Below, piece by piece: positions 38,545 to 50,894 of a stretch of 64,000 nucleotides of DNA. The notes under the pieces were generated by a model. The model saw only the letters and a program-made list of their open reading frames with translations, made no database searches and had not been told where the DNA came from. The translations under genes were made by a program, and so were the position numbers. The first letter of the stretch is position 1. Each line of letters opens with the position of its first letter. Origin of the DNA: Candidatus Magasanikiibacteriota bacterium (GTDB lineage Bacteria > Patescibacteriota > Patescibacteriia > Magasanikbacterales > UBA922); the NCBI GenBank assembly GCA_041674805.1, contig JBAYVA010000001.1:262612-326611 (forward strand), read 5' to 3'.

Positions 38545-39480
38545 TTATTTAATTGAATAAATAAGTCCAATTGCCACAACATTGAAAATAAAAGAAATAA
38601 ATAATAAATCTGGCAATCTGAAAAATCTAAATTTAGCAATAGTTGATTCTAGCACAGCAATAGCACCACAAAATAAAAATATTTTTATTAAAAAATAAAA
38701 AATACTCAAAAATATTGCAGTAAATCCAACATTAGTATCAAAACCAAATGGAAAAAATAAATTAGCACCAAGTACCATAAAAATAAGTAATTTGTTGGCA
38801 GCAGCCCATTCCATAAGTGCCAAACGTTTACCAGAAAATTCCAAAATCATAGCTTCATGCACCATAGTCAATTCCAAATGAGTTGATGGATTATCAAAAG
38901 GAAATCTAGCATTCTCAGCTAACAAAACAATGAAAAAACCACAGAAAGCAAGTATTGCTGGCAAAAAGTATTGACCACTAATTGATTGACTAAAGTTTGC
39001 AATGTCAAAAAGGTTACTAGAACCAGCTATCAACGCCATAGTTAAAAGTGAAAAAATGAAGCCTCCTTCAGCCAAAGCTGAAATAGTCATTTCACGACTT
39101 GAACCAAAACCACCAAAAGCACTACCAGTATCGACACCAGCCAAAGCCATAAAAAAAGTACCAATAGCTAAAGTATAGACAACAAATAAAATATCACTAG
39201 TAACAAAACCTGCAATAAGTGGAAAAAAAATAGGTATACTAAAGCCAACCACCAAAGTTACAGCAAAAACAATATAAGGAGTAAATCGAAAAACCCAAGA
39301 AGCATCATTACTTATAACTTCATCTTTATGTAAAAGTTTCCAAATATCTCTATAAGGTTGAAAAATATTGGCACCTTGACGATTTTGTAACTTAGCTTTT
39401 ATTTTTCTAATGATACCAATACACAAAGGTGACAACGCTGGTACAAAAAATAATTGGATTATCCAAATAAATATTGACAT
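38545..39480 (-). CDS. HyfC/HycD (NuoH-like) membrane subunit
   Basis: RKIKAKLQNRQG..IFQPYRD..KL, GSSRE, ENARFPFDNPSTHLELTMVHEAMILE. Confidence 0.9.
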   Translation of the reverse strand: MSIFIWIIQLFFVPALSPLCIGIIRKIKAKLQNRQGANIFQPYRDIWKLLHKDEVISNDASWVFRFTPYIVFAVTLVVGFSIPIFFPLIAGFVTSDILFVVYTLAIGTFFMALAGVDTGSAFGGFGSSREMTISALAEGGFIFSLLTMALIAGSSNLFDIANFSQSISGQYFLPAILAFCGFFIVLLAENARFPFDNPSTHLELTMVHEAMILEFSGKRLALMEWAAANKLLIFMVLGANLFFPFGFDTNVGFTAIFLSIFYFLIKIFLFCGAIAVLESTIAKFRFFRLPDLLFISFIFNVVAIGLIYSIK

Positions 39481-39484
39481 AAAA

Positions 39485-41535
39485 TTATAATATTACGAGT
39501 AGAGCTAGCATAAGAGCTACAAAAATATAAGTGATATAAAGATCGATATTACCATTCTGTATAGTCTTAGCTTTTACAGATAACTTATTGATTACTATAT
39601 GTATAGGTTGATAAAAGTAAGTATTGTATATATTACTAATACTCAAAGTGATTGTTCTTGATTTTGGTAAATATCTATTTTGATCATCATAATATTCAAT
39701 GTTATGTTGAATAGTTGGTTTGAGTAAACCTTTGAAAATCAATATTATTGATCGTGAGAATCCTGTAGCTGTTATTTCAGCACGTGGAGTAAGATCTGTA
39801 CCACAATCCCAAGTATTGGTCTTACATTCTTTTTGTGTTTTGTTAATTACTTTTTTGAAAATTAAAATTACCAAAAAAGTAGAAACCACAAGCAAAAGAA
39901 AAATAAACATACCAGAGATTGAAGAAAATCCATTAGAAACACTCATACTTTGATTAGAAGAAACATTTACAGCAGAAGCTGAATCTTTGAAGATGCTCAA
40001 ACTTTGACTTATGATATTGATAAGACTAATTACATATCCAGAAAATATACCAAACAAAAGTGTCAACAATGCTAAAGCACCCATACCTAAACGCATAGAA
40101 AAAGGAGATTCTTTGGCATGTTTCACTTCCTTACTACGTGGACGAGCCAAAAAAGTAGCTGCAAAAGCTTTGACAAAACAAGCAAGTGCTAATCCCCCAG
40201 TAAATACCAATGATCCTGCTGCCAAAATAAATATCCATTGTGTTACAAAATGCATTTGATTTATTCCTTGAAACAAAGCTTGGTAAGTCAACCACTCACT
40301 AAAAAACCATTAAACGGTGGCAAGGCAGAAATAGCAATTGAACCAATAAGAAAGAAGAAAGCTGTTTGTGGCATGTACTTTATTAGACCACCATATTCCT
40401 CCATATTACGAGTATGTACTTGATTTATTACTGACCCTGCACTCAAGAAAAGTAAAGCCTTGAAAATAGCATGATTAAGTGTGTGAAATAAGGCTGCACC
40501 AAGGCCAAGCAAAGCCAAAGCTGGTAAATTTAGAGAATAAAAAGTCAAAGCACTGCCCAAACCAAGCAAGATAATACCAATGTTTTCTATACTATGATAA
40601 GCGAGCAATCTCTTGATATCATGCTCAGTAAGAGCATACAAAACTCCAAGTAAAGATGAAATTGAACCAATCACTAATATTACTAATCCCCACCAATATG
40701 GTGCTGGAGCAAGAATGTCCAAAAACAATCTTACCATCATATAGATACCAGTCTTAATCATGACACCTGAGAGTATTGCTGAAACATGAGAAGGGGCAGC
40801 TGGATGAGCGGCTGGTAACCAAATATGCAATGGAATAATACCAGCTTTCAAGCCAAAACCAATAAAAGCAGAAACGAAAATAATATTTTTTATAAATGCT
40901 GGAACAAGAGCTATATTTTCTTTTATCACTAGAAAATCAAAAGAACCAATATACTTAAACAAAAGCAAAAAAGCTAAAATAATAAAAGCTGTACCAATAT
41001 AAGTCATCACCAAATACAAAAAACCTGCCTTTACATTATCTTGATCATTTTTTTCATAAACAATCAAGAAATATGAAGTCACCGCCATTATTTCCCAAAA
41101 AATAAGGAAAAAAAGAGCATTAGAAGATGTTACTACTAAAAGAACACTTGCAATAAAAATATTATAAAAAAATCCAAGAGCACCTATGCTATATTTTTTA
41201 TAGTAATGTCTTATGTAACCTATACCATATATAGAACAAAACAAAGCTATCAAAGAAATTACAAAAACAAAAAAACTAGACAACAAGTCAATATGAAAAG
41301 ACAAAGTGAAAAGTGAAAAAACAGATGTTTTTAGGTCAAACAACAAACTACTTTTTGTTAAAATTGATGTAATCGAAAAAATTAAACCCCATAAAGAACC
41401 AACAATCGCAAAAAAACTATTCCAACCATTTGCGTATTTATCATTTTTGAGGAAAAACAAAGAACCAACAGCTCCAACAAAAAATAAGGAAAGTAAAATA
41501 AAAAAGCTAATTGGTGAGGTAATGATTTCTAACAT
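39485..41535 (-). pseudogene. HyfB/HycC-like antiporter subunit split by a single frameshift near 40301-40306 (ORFs 40288-41535 and 39485-40291)
   Basis: KAGIIPLHIWLP.AHPAAPSHVSA, KRLLAYHSIENIG; conserved LPPFNGFxSEW..YQ is restored by one extra T in the T6 run. Confidence 0.82.
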
Positions 41536-41536
41536 A

Positions 41537-42079
41537 TTATTTTTTTTGTGAAGGTTTATTTTCTATTGTTTCGAGAATTTTAAGTAAGGATTGAAGAATA
41601 AAAGTAGGTGTAGGAGGGTCACCAGGAATTTGATAATCTACAGGTATCACTGAATCGACACCATTTAAAACAGCATAAGAATCTTTGAATATTCCTCCAT
41701 CAATAGCGTCATCCCCTACTGCTACTACAATTTTAGGGTTAGGTGTACCATCATAAGCATCTTTGAGTGCCTTAGCCATATTTTTCGCCACAGGACCTGT
41801 TACAAGTAACATGTCAGCGTGTCTTGGAGATGCCACAAAATGAATACCAAAACGTTCAACATCATAGAAACTGTTAGACAAAGCTACTAGTTCTTGTTCA
41901 CAAGAATTATCTGATCCAGCATCAATTTGTCTGATAGCCAAAGAACCCCTAAATAATTTTTTTACTTTATCTTGTATTTTTTCTCCAATTTCAAAAAAAT
42001 CCTTTTGGTTAAGATCATCTTTTGAAATAGAAATTATATTTTTTGGTGTTTTGAATATTTTTACAAAAAGTTTCAACAT
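41537..42079 (-). CDS. HyfI/HycG (NuoB-like) small subunit with Cys-to-Asp substitutions
   Basis: IDAGSDNSCEQE, YDVERFGIHFVASPRHADMLLVTGPV, VAVGDDA, IPGDPPTP. Confidence 0.9.
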   Translation of the reverse strand: MLKLFVKIFKTPKNIISISKDDLNQKDFFEIGEKIQDKVKKLFRGSLAIRQIDAGSDNSCEQELVALSNSFYDVERFGIHFVASPRHADMLLVTGPVAKNMAKALKDAYDGTPNPKIVVAVGDDAIDGGIFKDSYAVLNGVDSVIPVDYQIPGDPPTPTFILQSLLKILETIENKPSQKK

Positions 42080-42231
42080 ATAGACCTTAAAATAATATTT
42101 TATTATACTTTACAAAAAATCACTAAAATGTGAACATACCTACGATTAGCAGATTTATAACAGGACATATTTTCTCACTAAATAAACTAATTGTCAACCC
42201 AATAAATTTATATTATACACATGAAAAAATC

Positions 42232-42257
42232 AAAAAACCACTTTTGAAAAGTGGTCT
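42232..42257 (-). terminator. Terminator of atp operon
   Basis: ACCACTTTT-g-AAAAGTGGT inverted repeat with T run on minus strand directly after atpC. Confidence 0.65.
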
Positions 42258-42263
42258 TACCTT

Positions 42264-42692
42264 TTATCTTAATTTTCTGTATTTGTTGGCAACCCTGATT
42301 CTGTTCATTTCTTTATCAATAAGTGCTTGCAGTCTAGCATAATCAACATCTTCAGTATTTTTGACTTTTTCCATTTCTTCCTCAGCCCTCTTACGAGCTT
42401 CTTCAGCTCTAGCAAGATCAATATTATCAGCTCTTTCAGCACTATCAGCCAAGATGACTAATTCACTATTTGCTCTCACTTCCAAAAAACCACCAGAGAT
42501 AGCATAAGGATGTTCACCATCTTTATCTTTGATTCTCATTTCTCCAGCTTGAAGAACAGAAACCATAGGAATATGGCTTGGCAATACGGTAATTTCACCA
42601 GAAGTTGTTGGAATACTTACTTGAAAAACATCATTTTTGTAAACTTTTTTTTCTGGTGTGATTATTGTAAATTTTAAAGTTTGTGTTGACAT
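42264..42692 (-). CDS. atpC: ATP synthase epsilon subunit
   Basis: IITPEK, GEITVLPSHIP, ISGGFLEV, ARAEEARKRAE. Confidence 0.95.
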   Translation of the reverse strand: MSTQTLKFTIITPEKKVYKNDVFQVSIPTTSGEITVLPSHIPMVSVLQAGEMRIKDKDGEHPYAISGGFLEVRANSELVILADSAERADNIDLARAEEARKRAEEEMEKVKNTEDVDYARLQALIDKEMNRIRVANKYRKLR

Positions 42693-42781
42693 AGATACAA
42701 ATTTTATCTCAATATATCTCTATTTTATCTCTATCTTATTATAAGGAGATAAATGGAGATAATGTAGAGATATGGTTTTAT

Positions 42782-44173
<1,392 letters not shown>

Positions 44174-44200
44174 TTAGTTGATTTGTTTTTAAAATATTTA

Positions 44201-45166
44201 TTAATTTAATGCTGCAGCACCACCAGCAATTTCTGCGATTTCTTGAGTAATAGCAGCTTGTCTAGTCTTGTTATAAGTAAGATTCAATTCTTTGATCATA
44301 TCATTTGCTGAGTCACCTGCATTTTTCATAGCCAACATGCGAGCACTGTGTTCACTAGCAGAGCTTTCAAGCAAAGATTGATATATTTGCATTTCTACAA
44401 GTCTAGGTAAAATTGTTTTCAAAACTTCAGCCTTACCTGGTTCAAATAAGTATTCATTCAATTGTTCTTGTTTTCCTTTATTCAAAGTTCTATCTTTTAG
44501 GTCTTCATCACGACCAAGTTCAGTAATCATTTTTTCCAAATCAAATTCTGAAATTGGTAAAACTTGACGAATTTTAGCTTCTTGAGCCACAGCTGAACGA
44601 TAATCTGTATAAGATACTACAACTTTATCATATTTTTTTTCTATATAATTTCCAATTATCATCTGTGAAGCTGTCATAACATCTTCCAAAACCGGTTTAT
44701 CTGAAATACTATTGAAAGAAGCAATCAAGTTGTAACCGTGTTTTTTACAAAAATCAGCACCTTTTTTACCAATACCAATCACATCTACTTCCACACTTTC
44801 ACTAGGCTGAGTATGTTTATTACGAGCACGTTGAAAACTAATATTTCTTGGATCTTTTAGTTGAGCTGCAGTTTTTTTGATAATATTGGAATTGAAACTT
44901 CCACACAAACCACGATTGGAAGTAATCAAAATTAACAATATTCTTTTTACTTGTCTTATTTCGAGCAAAGGCATTGATTCCTTTTCAGTCTTTGACAGAT
45001 TTATCAACAAATCCCACGCAGTAGTAGCGTATTCTCTAGTATCCAAAGCAGCCTGCACAGCTTTGCGCATTTTGGCAGCCGAAACCATTTCCATCGCCTT
45101 AGTAATTTTTTTGGTGTTGGAAACTGATTTGATTCTAGTTTTGATTGCTTTAGCACTTACAGCCAT
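44201..45166 (-). CDS. atpG: ATP synthase gamma subunit
   Basis: KITKAMEMVSAAK, RGLCGSFN, RQAAITQEIAEI. Confidence 0.97.
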   Translation of the reverse strand: MAVSAKAIKTRIKSVSNTKKITKAMEMVSAAKMRKAVQAALDTREYATTAWDLLINLSKTEKESMPLLEIRQVKRILLILITSNRGLCGSFNSNIIKKTAAQLKDPRNISFQRARNKHTQPSESVEVDVIGIGKKGADFCKKHGYNLIASFNSISDKPVLEDVMTASQMIIGNYIEKKYDKVVVSYTDYRSAVAQEAKIRQVLPISEFDLEKMITELGRDEDLKDRTLNKGKQEQLNEYLFEPGKAEVLKTILPRLVEMQIYQSLLESSASEHSARMLAMKNAGDSANDMIKELNLTYNKTRQAAITQEIAEIAGGAAALN

Positions 45167-45237
45167 ATAATTTAATAAAAAGTTTAAAGTTTAAAGTATC
45201 TGTGTTAATCCGCGTCATTATCTGATTATTCTGCGTC

Positions 45238-46725
45238 TTATTTCTTAAATTCTTCACAAACACCTTTCAAATCCGCAATAATACTATCATCCCATTCACC
45301 TTTAGAGATTTTTTCTAACAAAGATTGGTGACCACCTCTAACAAAATCCAAAAATTTTTCTTCTGTTTTCAAAATATCAGTAACAGCAACATCATCAAAA
45401 TAACCGCTATCTACTGCAAAAATAGAAGCAACTTGATCTTCAACATGCATTGGACTATATTGAGGTTGTTTCATAAGTTCTACTACTCTAGCACCTCTAT
45501 CCAATTGTTTCTTTGTTTCGACATCTAGATCACTAGCAAATTGAGCAAAAGCTTCAAGTTCACGATATTGAGCAAGAGCAAGCTTAATTTTACCAGAAAC
45601 TTTTTTCATTGGTTTGGTTTGAGCAGCACCACCTACACGAGAAACTGAAATACCGACATTAACAGCTGGACGAATACCCTTGAAAAACAAATCTGTTTCC
45701 AAGAAAATTTGTCCATCAGTGATAGAAATTACGTTGGTTGGAATATAAGCAGTCACGTCAGAAGCTTGTGTTTCAATAATAGGCAAAGCGGTGATAGATC
45801 CACCACCATGTTCTTTGTTCAAGTTACAAGCACGTTCCAAAAGACGGGAATGAAGATAAAAAACATCTCCAGGATAAGCTTCACGTCCTGGTGGGCGTCT
45901 TAGAAGCAAAGAAATTTCACGATAAGCCCAAGCTTGTTTTGTCAAATCATCATAAACGATTAAGACATCTTCACCTTTATCAGCGAAGTATTCAGCCATA
46001 GTTACACCAGCATATGGAGCAATAAAAGACATAGCAGCAGGATCAGATGCACCAGCGACAACAACAGTTGTATATTCCATAGCACCATTTTCTTCAAGTT
46101 TAGCTACGATACGAGCTACTTTTGACTCTTTTTGTCCAATAGCTACATAAATACATTTCATGTTTTGACCTTTTTGGTTGATGATAGCATCAATTGCAAT
46201 AGCTGTTTTACCAGTTTGACGATCACCAATGATAAGCTCACGTTGTCCACGTCCAATTGGAATCATAGCGTCAATAGCTTTGATACCAGTCTGTACAGGA
46301 ACACCAACAGGTTGACGACTCATCACACCAGGAGCTGTTTTTTCGATAGGATAAAATTCTTTTGTAACAATATCACCTTTACCATCAATAGCTTGACCAA
46401 GAGCATTTACCACACGACCAATCACTTTTTCACCAACTGGTACTGACAAAATTCTACCAGTTCTTTTGACAGTGTCACCTTCTTTGATTTTTTCATATTC
46501 ACCAAGAATCATGGCACCAACAGTCTCTTCTTCCAAATTCAAAGCTACACCCATGATACCACCTGGGAATTCAAGCATCTCTTGAGATTGACAACTTGTC
46601 AGACCACTCATACGAGCAATACCGTCCCCTACTTCAATAACAGTACCGACTTCTTCTACTTCTACTGTTTTTTGAAAAGCAGAAATATGTTTTTTTAGTT
46701 CTTCGATTACTTGATTTGTAGACAT
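45238..46725 (-). CDS. atpA: ATP synthase alpha subunit
   Basis: [31 protein letters not shown]. Confidence 0.98.
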   Translation of the reverse strand: MSTNQVIEELKKHISAFQKTVEVEEVGTVIEVGDGIARMSGLTSCQSQEMLEFPGGIMGVALNLEEETVGAMILGEYEKIKEGDTVKRTGRILSVPVGEKVIGRVVNALGQAIDGKGDIVTKEFYPIEKTAPGVMSRQPVGVPVQTGIKAIDAMIPIGRGQRELIIGDRQTGKTAIAIDAIINQKGQNMKCIYVAIGQKESKVARIVAKLEENGAMEYTTVVVAGASDPAAMSFIAPYAGVTMAEYFADKGEDVLIVYDDLTKQAWAYREISLLLRRPPGREAYPGDVFYLHSRLLERACNLNKEHGGGSITALPIIETQASDVTAYIPTNVISITDGQIFLETDLFFKGIRPAVNVGISVSRVGGAAQTKPMKKVSGKIKLALAQYRELEAFAQFASDLDVETKKQLDRGARVVELMKQPQYSPMHVEDQVASIFAVDSGYFDDVAVTDILKTEEKFLDFVRGGHQSLLEKISKGEWDDSIIADLKGVCEEFKK

Positions 46726-46801
46726 ATGTTTTTTTACTAATCTTGAGCGGAACGAAAGATCTGTAGACCCTGCGAACGCTTCTTTTAATTTAAATGTTTT
46801 T

Positions 46802-47188
46802 TTAAATAGTTAAACTTTTTTTTAAATTTGCCAATTGTGTTTTCACACTAGCATCCAATATTTTATCTTCTATTTTCACTCTAATACCACCTATCAAATT
46901 TTTATCAATCTTTTCTTGAACAAAAACTTCTTTACCAAAAGATTCTTTAATTTTTTTGATAATTTCAGTATCCAAATCTCTTGCAGAAGTCACTTCCAAT
47001 TCAACTATTCCTTGTTTTTTCTTAAGAATAGTTTCAAATTCAGCTATAATATTATTGGTTTGTTTTATTTTGTGTTTCTTAGCTAATAGACCCACAAAAT
47101 TTTTCAAAACAATATCTAAATCACTAGCATTCAAACCAATAGTCAATTCGTAAAGAGCTTCAGCAAATTGTTTATTAGAAATTTTCAT
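46802..47188 (-). CDS. atpH: ATP synthase delta subunit (short)
   Basis: [27 protein letters not shown]; position between atpF and atpA. Confidence 0.88.
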   Translation of the reverse strand: MKISNKQFAEALYELTIGLNASDLDIVLKNFVGLLAKKHKIKQTNNIIAEFETILKKKQGIVELEVTSARDLDTEIIKKIKESFGKEVFVQEKIDKNLIGGIRVKIEDKILDASVKTQLANLKKSLTI

Positions 47189-47196
47189 AAATTTAC

Positions 47197-47222
47197 GTCA
47201 TTCCGAGCGGAGCGAGGAATCT
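47197..47222. repeat. REP-like element GTCATTCCGAGCGGAGCGAGGAATCT
   Basis: GC-rich imperfect palindrome; related copies at 46740-46762 and 60713-60747. Confidence 0.55.
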
Positions 47223-47295
47223 TTCCTGGCAACATCTCAGTATAAATGATTAAACGATCAAATGATTCTAAAATACTTTTTCAATTAATTTATTA

Positions 47296-47841
47296 TTATT
47301 TTTTTAGACTAGCTAAACTATCTTCAATTATTTTTTTGTCAATTTTACCATCCATTTTTTCATTCAAGATTTTTTCTAAAGCAGTTACAATAAGTGTAGC
47401 TGATTCCTGTCTAATCTCTTCCATCATTTGTACTTTTTCTGTTTGAATACTTTTTTTAGCTTGATCCACAATCACTTCGACTTCACTTTTAGCTTTTACT
47501 TTCATATCCTCACCAAGTTGCTTAGCATCAGTATGTGCTTTTTCAATTAATTTATTAGCTTCGCCTTTGGCTTCTTTCAATTTATCTTGATATTCTTTTT
47601 CACTAAGAGCTAAATTAGTTTCAATTTCTTTAGCATTATCAATACTATCATCAATCATTTTTTTACGTTCAGCCAATGTCTTAGTCAAAGGTTTTAAAAT
47701 CAAAAACCACAGAATAACCGCAACAACAGTAAAGTTAATAAGTTGAAAAACAAAAAGTTGAGCATTTAAACCCAAAGATGCTGGTAAACTTTGTTCAGCG
47801 ACGCCTGTTTCCTCATGTGTATTTAATGTTTCTTCTGTCAT
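47296..47841 (-). CDS. atpF: ATP synthase b subunit
   Basis: QLINF....ILWFLILKPL...L.ERKK.I then coiled coil. Confidence 0.93.
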   Translation of the reverse strand: MTEETLNTHEETGVAEQSLPASLGLNAQLFVFQLINFTVVAVILWFLILKPLTKTLAERKKMIDDSIDNAKEIETNLALSEKEYQDKLKEAKGEANKLIEKAHTDAKQLGEDMKVKAKSEVEVIVDQAKKSIQTEKVQMMEEIRQESATLIVTALEKILNEKMDGKIDKKIIEDSLASLKK

Positions 47842-47966
47842 AATAATATTAAACAAGTAAATAATTATTTGTGTTTATTTGTGTAACATTTGTGTTATTT
47901 TCAAACAAACAAACCAATGGAACCAAGTTTACCAGTTTTTAACTAGTAAACTCAGTCTACAACGAT

Positions 47967-48254
<288 letters not shown>

Positions 48255-48325
48255 TTATAAATTAAGTGACCTTTCGATCTTAGTCCCCTTGAAAATTTCA
48301 AGAAGATTGAAGATTGAAATGTCTT

Positions 48326-49144
48326 TTAGTGATGTGCTTCTTCTTCATCTCCATGTGGAACAGAAGTGGCTACCGTCATATATACCAAAGTAAGCATCGC
48401 AAATACCGTAGCTTGAATCACACCTACCAATATCTCAAGTAACATGAAAGGTGTTGGAACAAAAGCCGCAACTAAAGCCGAAATCACAGAAATCAAGATT
48501 TCTCCAGCAAAAATATTACCAAAAAGACGTAGAGAAAGAGATACAACTTTTGCAACCTCAGAAACTATTTCGATAAGACCCACACCAAATTCAATGATAG
48601 CTGCAAAAACAGCAATGAACCCTTCGCCAATACCATTTTTGAATTTTTTAAAACTTTTGAAAACATTTTTTATTTGTACAAACTTACCCAAATGTGTAAA
48701 AACACCAATAGTAGCAAAAGCATAGAGATGCGAACCAATCACAGAAACAAGTGCCATAGCGAGAGTAAGATTCAAATCAGTGTTGGCAGGACGAAGCAAC
48801 ATATTGTGTCCAAAAGTAATACTTCCTGTACCTGGTAAAAGTCCAAGCCAATTTGATAACAAAATAAAAAAGAAGATAGCACCAACTATTGGCAAAAATC
48901 TAATAGTCTTTTTTCTATCTCCTGTAACTTGATCAAAATAACCAAGTAGCGTGTCTAAGAAAAATTCACTAGCATTTTGTAATTTTCCTGGTTTCAAACT
49001 TATACTTCTTTTTATAAAAATTCCTAAAATCAAAAAAATGACAATCGCAAGCCAAGCATTTACCATAGTATTGGTAATATTTAGATTACCAATGTGAAAT
49101 ACTGCTTCTGGAGCAAGTGTAGGAATGTGAATTTCTGCAGCCAT
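48326..49144 (-). CDS. atpB: ATP synthase a subunit
   Basis: PGKLQN..E, NWLGLLP, SLSLRLFGNIFAGE, IQA.VF..LT. Confidence 0.96.
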   Translation of the reverse strand: MAAEIHIPTLAPEAVFHIGNLNITNTMVNAWLAIVIFLILGIFIKRSISLKPGKLQNASEFFLDTLLGYFDQVTGDRKKTIRFLPIVGAIFFFILLSNWLGLLPGTGSITFGHNMLLRPANTDLNLTLAMALVSVIGSHLYAFATIGVFTHLGKFVQIKNVFKSFKKFKNGIGEGFIAVFAAIIEFGVGLIEIVSEVAKVVSLSLRLFGNIFAGEILISVISALVAAFVPTPFMLLEILVGVIQATVFAMLTLVYMTVATSVPHGDEEEAHH

Positions 49145-49225
49145 AACTTTAGTTATAAAGTTTGTAAAGTCAAAAGTTTATGAAGTCTTTTGTTTACAAC
49201 AATTAATTTTAAAAAATATTTGTGT

Positions 49226-49546
49226 CTATTTGTGAGTATTTGTGTCATCCCATTCATTTTTAACGGAATTGTCTTTTGATTTATCACTTATTTTTTCATC
49301 TAACTTCTTATACTCTTCCCCATACAACTTAGCTTTCTTATAAATCATTTTAGTAGAAAGAAAGGCAGCCAAGAGAAAAGCTCCAATAGTAAACCAAGGA
49401 GCGTATCCATATTTACCTTCAAGCCACTGACCAATTAAGACAAAAACTATAATAGGTACAGCAATTATGGCTCCAAAATCACCCACAATACGTAGACCCA
49501 ACATCATATATTTTCTATCTTTTGGGTCTTCTGGTAAAAGAGACAT
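49226..49546 (-). CDS. AtpZ/AtpI-like two-TM protein
   Basis: Two TM helices with IGQWLE.KYG..PWF; first gene of the atp operon. Confidence 0.78.
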   Translation of the reverse strand: MSLLPEDPKDRKYMMLGLRIVGDFGAIIAVPIIVFVLIGQWLEGKYGYAPWFTIGAFLLAAFLSTKMIYKKAKLYGEEYKKLDEKISDKSKDNSVKNEWDDTNTHK

Positions 49547-49582
49547 ATTTTTGAAAGAGTATCTAGAATGAAAAACGGTGCT

Positions 49583-49611
49583 ATTATAACTGTTTTAAAC
49601 TATTTCGTCAA
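49583..49611 (-). promoter_or_regulatory. Putative sigma70 promoter of atp operon
   Basis: Minus strand TTGACG-N17-TATAAT, 36 nt before the first start codon. Confidence 0.72.
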
Positions 49612-49767
49612 TTATTTAACAAATTTGTTGTGAATAATAGTAACTAGACAAAATTTGGCTAAAACTTCAGTCTGCCTTGGGCAGATTAGAAACGCCATCA
49701 GTTTATCACTATGACATATGCTGTCAATCTGACTACCCTTGACAAAGCTACAAAACATGTTCTAAGT

Positions 49768-49794
49768 AAAAAACTTCCTTTTTAGGAAGTTTTC
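49768..49794 (-). terminator. Intrinsic terminator after DUF4037-like gene
   Basis: AAAACTTCCT..AGGAAGTTTT inverted repeat. Confidence 0.6.
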
Positions 49795-49803
49795 TATTTA
49801 AAT

Positions 49804-50889
49804 CTACTTATAAAGTATCTTTAATTTTTTTAAAAAATCACTATTTTCCAATAAATCAGCAGTATTTGTTATTTGATTCACCGATCCTACCTCATAACGT
49901 ATTTTTTTAATCAATGGATCTTTTATTTTTTTCTTAATTTCATTTGCAAAGATGTCCGCATGTATAACAAAATAAGGACGTTCATGGTAGCTAGAAACAT
50001 CTATAGATAATTCTTTGGTTATCTTTAACTCATTGTGCATATTAGCTAATACACTATATGCTTTAGATAGATATTTTTCTCTATCTTTCCAAGTTTCTGC
50101 TAATAAAACTTTATTAAAAGTTGGAGTAAGTTTTTTGGCAGATTTCAACTTTGAAAATGCCGTACCAAACCACTTGCTATAAGCTGAATATTCTTTTTCC
50201 ATAAGGAAACAAAGATTCATAAGAGAATGTACCAAGCGGGCAGATATTACTTTTGAGCCAAGTTCATCACCAACATGTCCTGTTCTACCCACGAATGCTT
50301 CTTCCTGACTTATTTTCATCCATTCAGATGCCAATAAAAATAACCAAATATCTTTTGGATAATAAAATAATTTTTTTCTAATTAAATTTAAATCCAAATC
50401 ATCATGAAAAATTTTTCCATTCTTTATTGTTCTGAGTTTTTGTTCTGGAAAAGTAAGCCAATCAAAAACTGAAATTTCTTTGTTTAAATCTAGGGACAAA
50501 TATTCTTTGAAAAAAGAGTCTATTGTATATATCTCTACTCTATGATTTATTTTATTACCTATTTCCACTTCCTTAAGAAATTGAACACCTATATCATCAG
50601 GACTACCAAAATTGGTTGAATAACCTTTGAATTTATTTGGTAAATTGTTACTCAAAAAATTAGAAATACTTTTTTTCTTTTCAAAATCTTTTTTTGAGAG
50701 AAACAATAAGACTCTAGGACCCCAATGATGATCTCTAGAAATTTCAGTATCAAAACCCAAAACTTCTGATCCAAAATCTATCAAACCAGCTGAGTATTTT
50801 AAACCAACAAACTCTTTTTCTAACAAAGGTTTGACTATTTCCTTATAAAAATCTTCACTAAGTTTTAGTCCAGGTATAAATTTCGGCAT
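49804..50889 (-). CDS. DUF4037-family protein (nucleotidyltransferase-like)
   Basis: GSEVLGFDTEISRDHHWGPR, NGKIFHDD, ISQEEAFVGR.G.VGDELGS, YSKWFGTAF. Confidence 0.75.
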   Translation of the reverse strand: MPKFIPGLKLSEDFYKEIVKPLLEKEFVGLKYSAGLIDFGSEVLGFDTEISRDHHWGPRVLLFLSKKDFEKKKSISNFLSNNLPNKFKGYSTNFGSPDDIGVQFLKEVEIGNKINHRVEIYTIDSFFKEYLSLDLNKEISVFDWLTFPEQKLRTIKNGKIFHDDLDLNLIRKKLFYYPKDIWLFLLASEWMKISQEEAFVGRTGHVGDELGSKVISARLVHSLMNLCFLMEKEYSAYSKWFGTAFSKLKSAKKLTPTFNKVLLAETWKDREKYLSKAYSVLANMHNELKITKELSIDVSSYHERPYFVIHADIFANEIKKKIKDPLIKKIRYEVGSVNQITNTADLLENSDFLKKLKILYK

Positions 50890-50894
50890 AAAAG

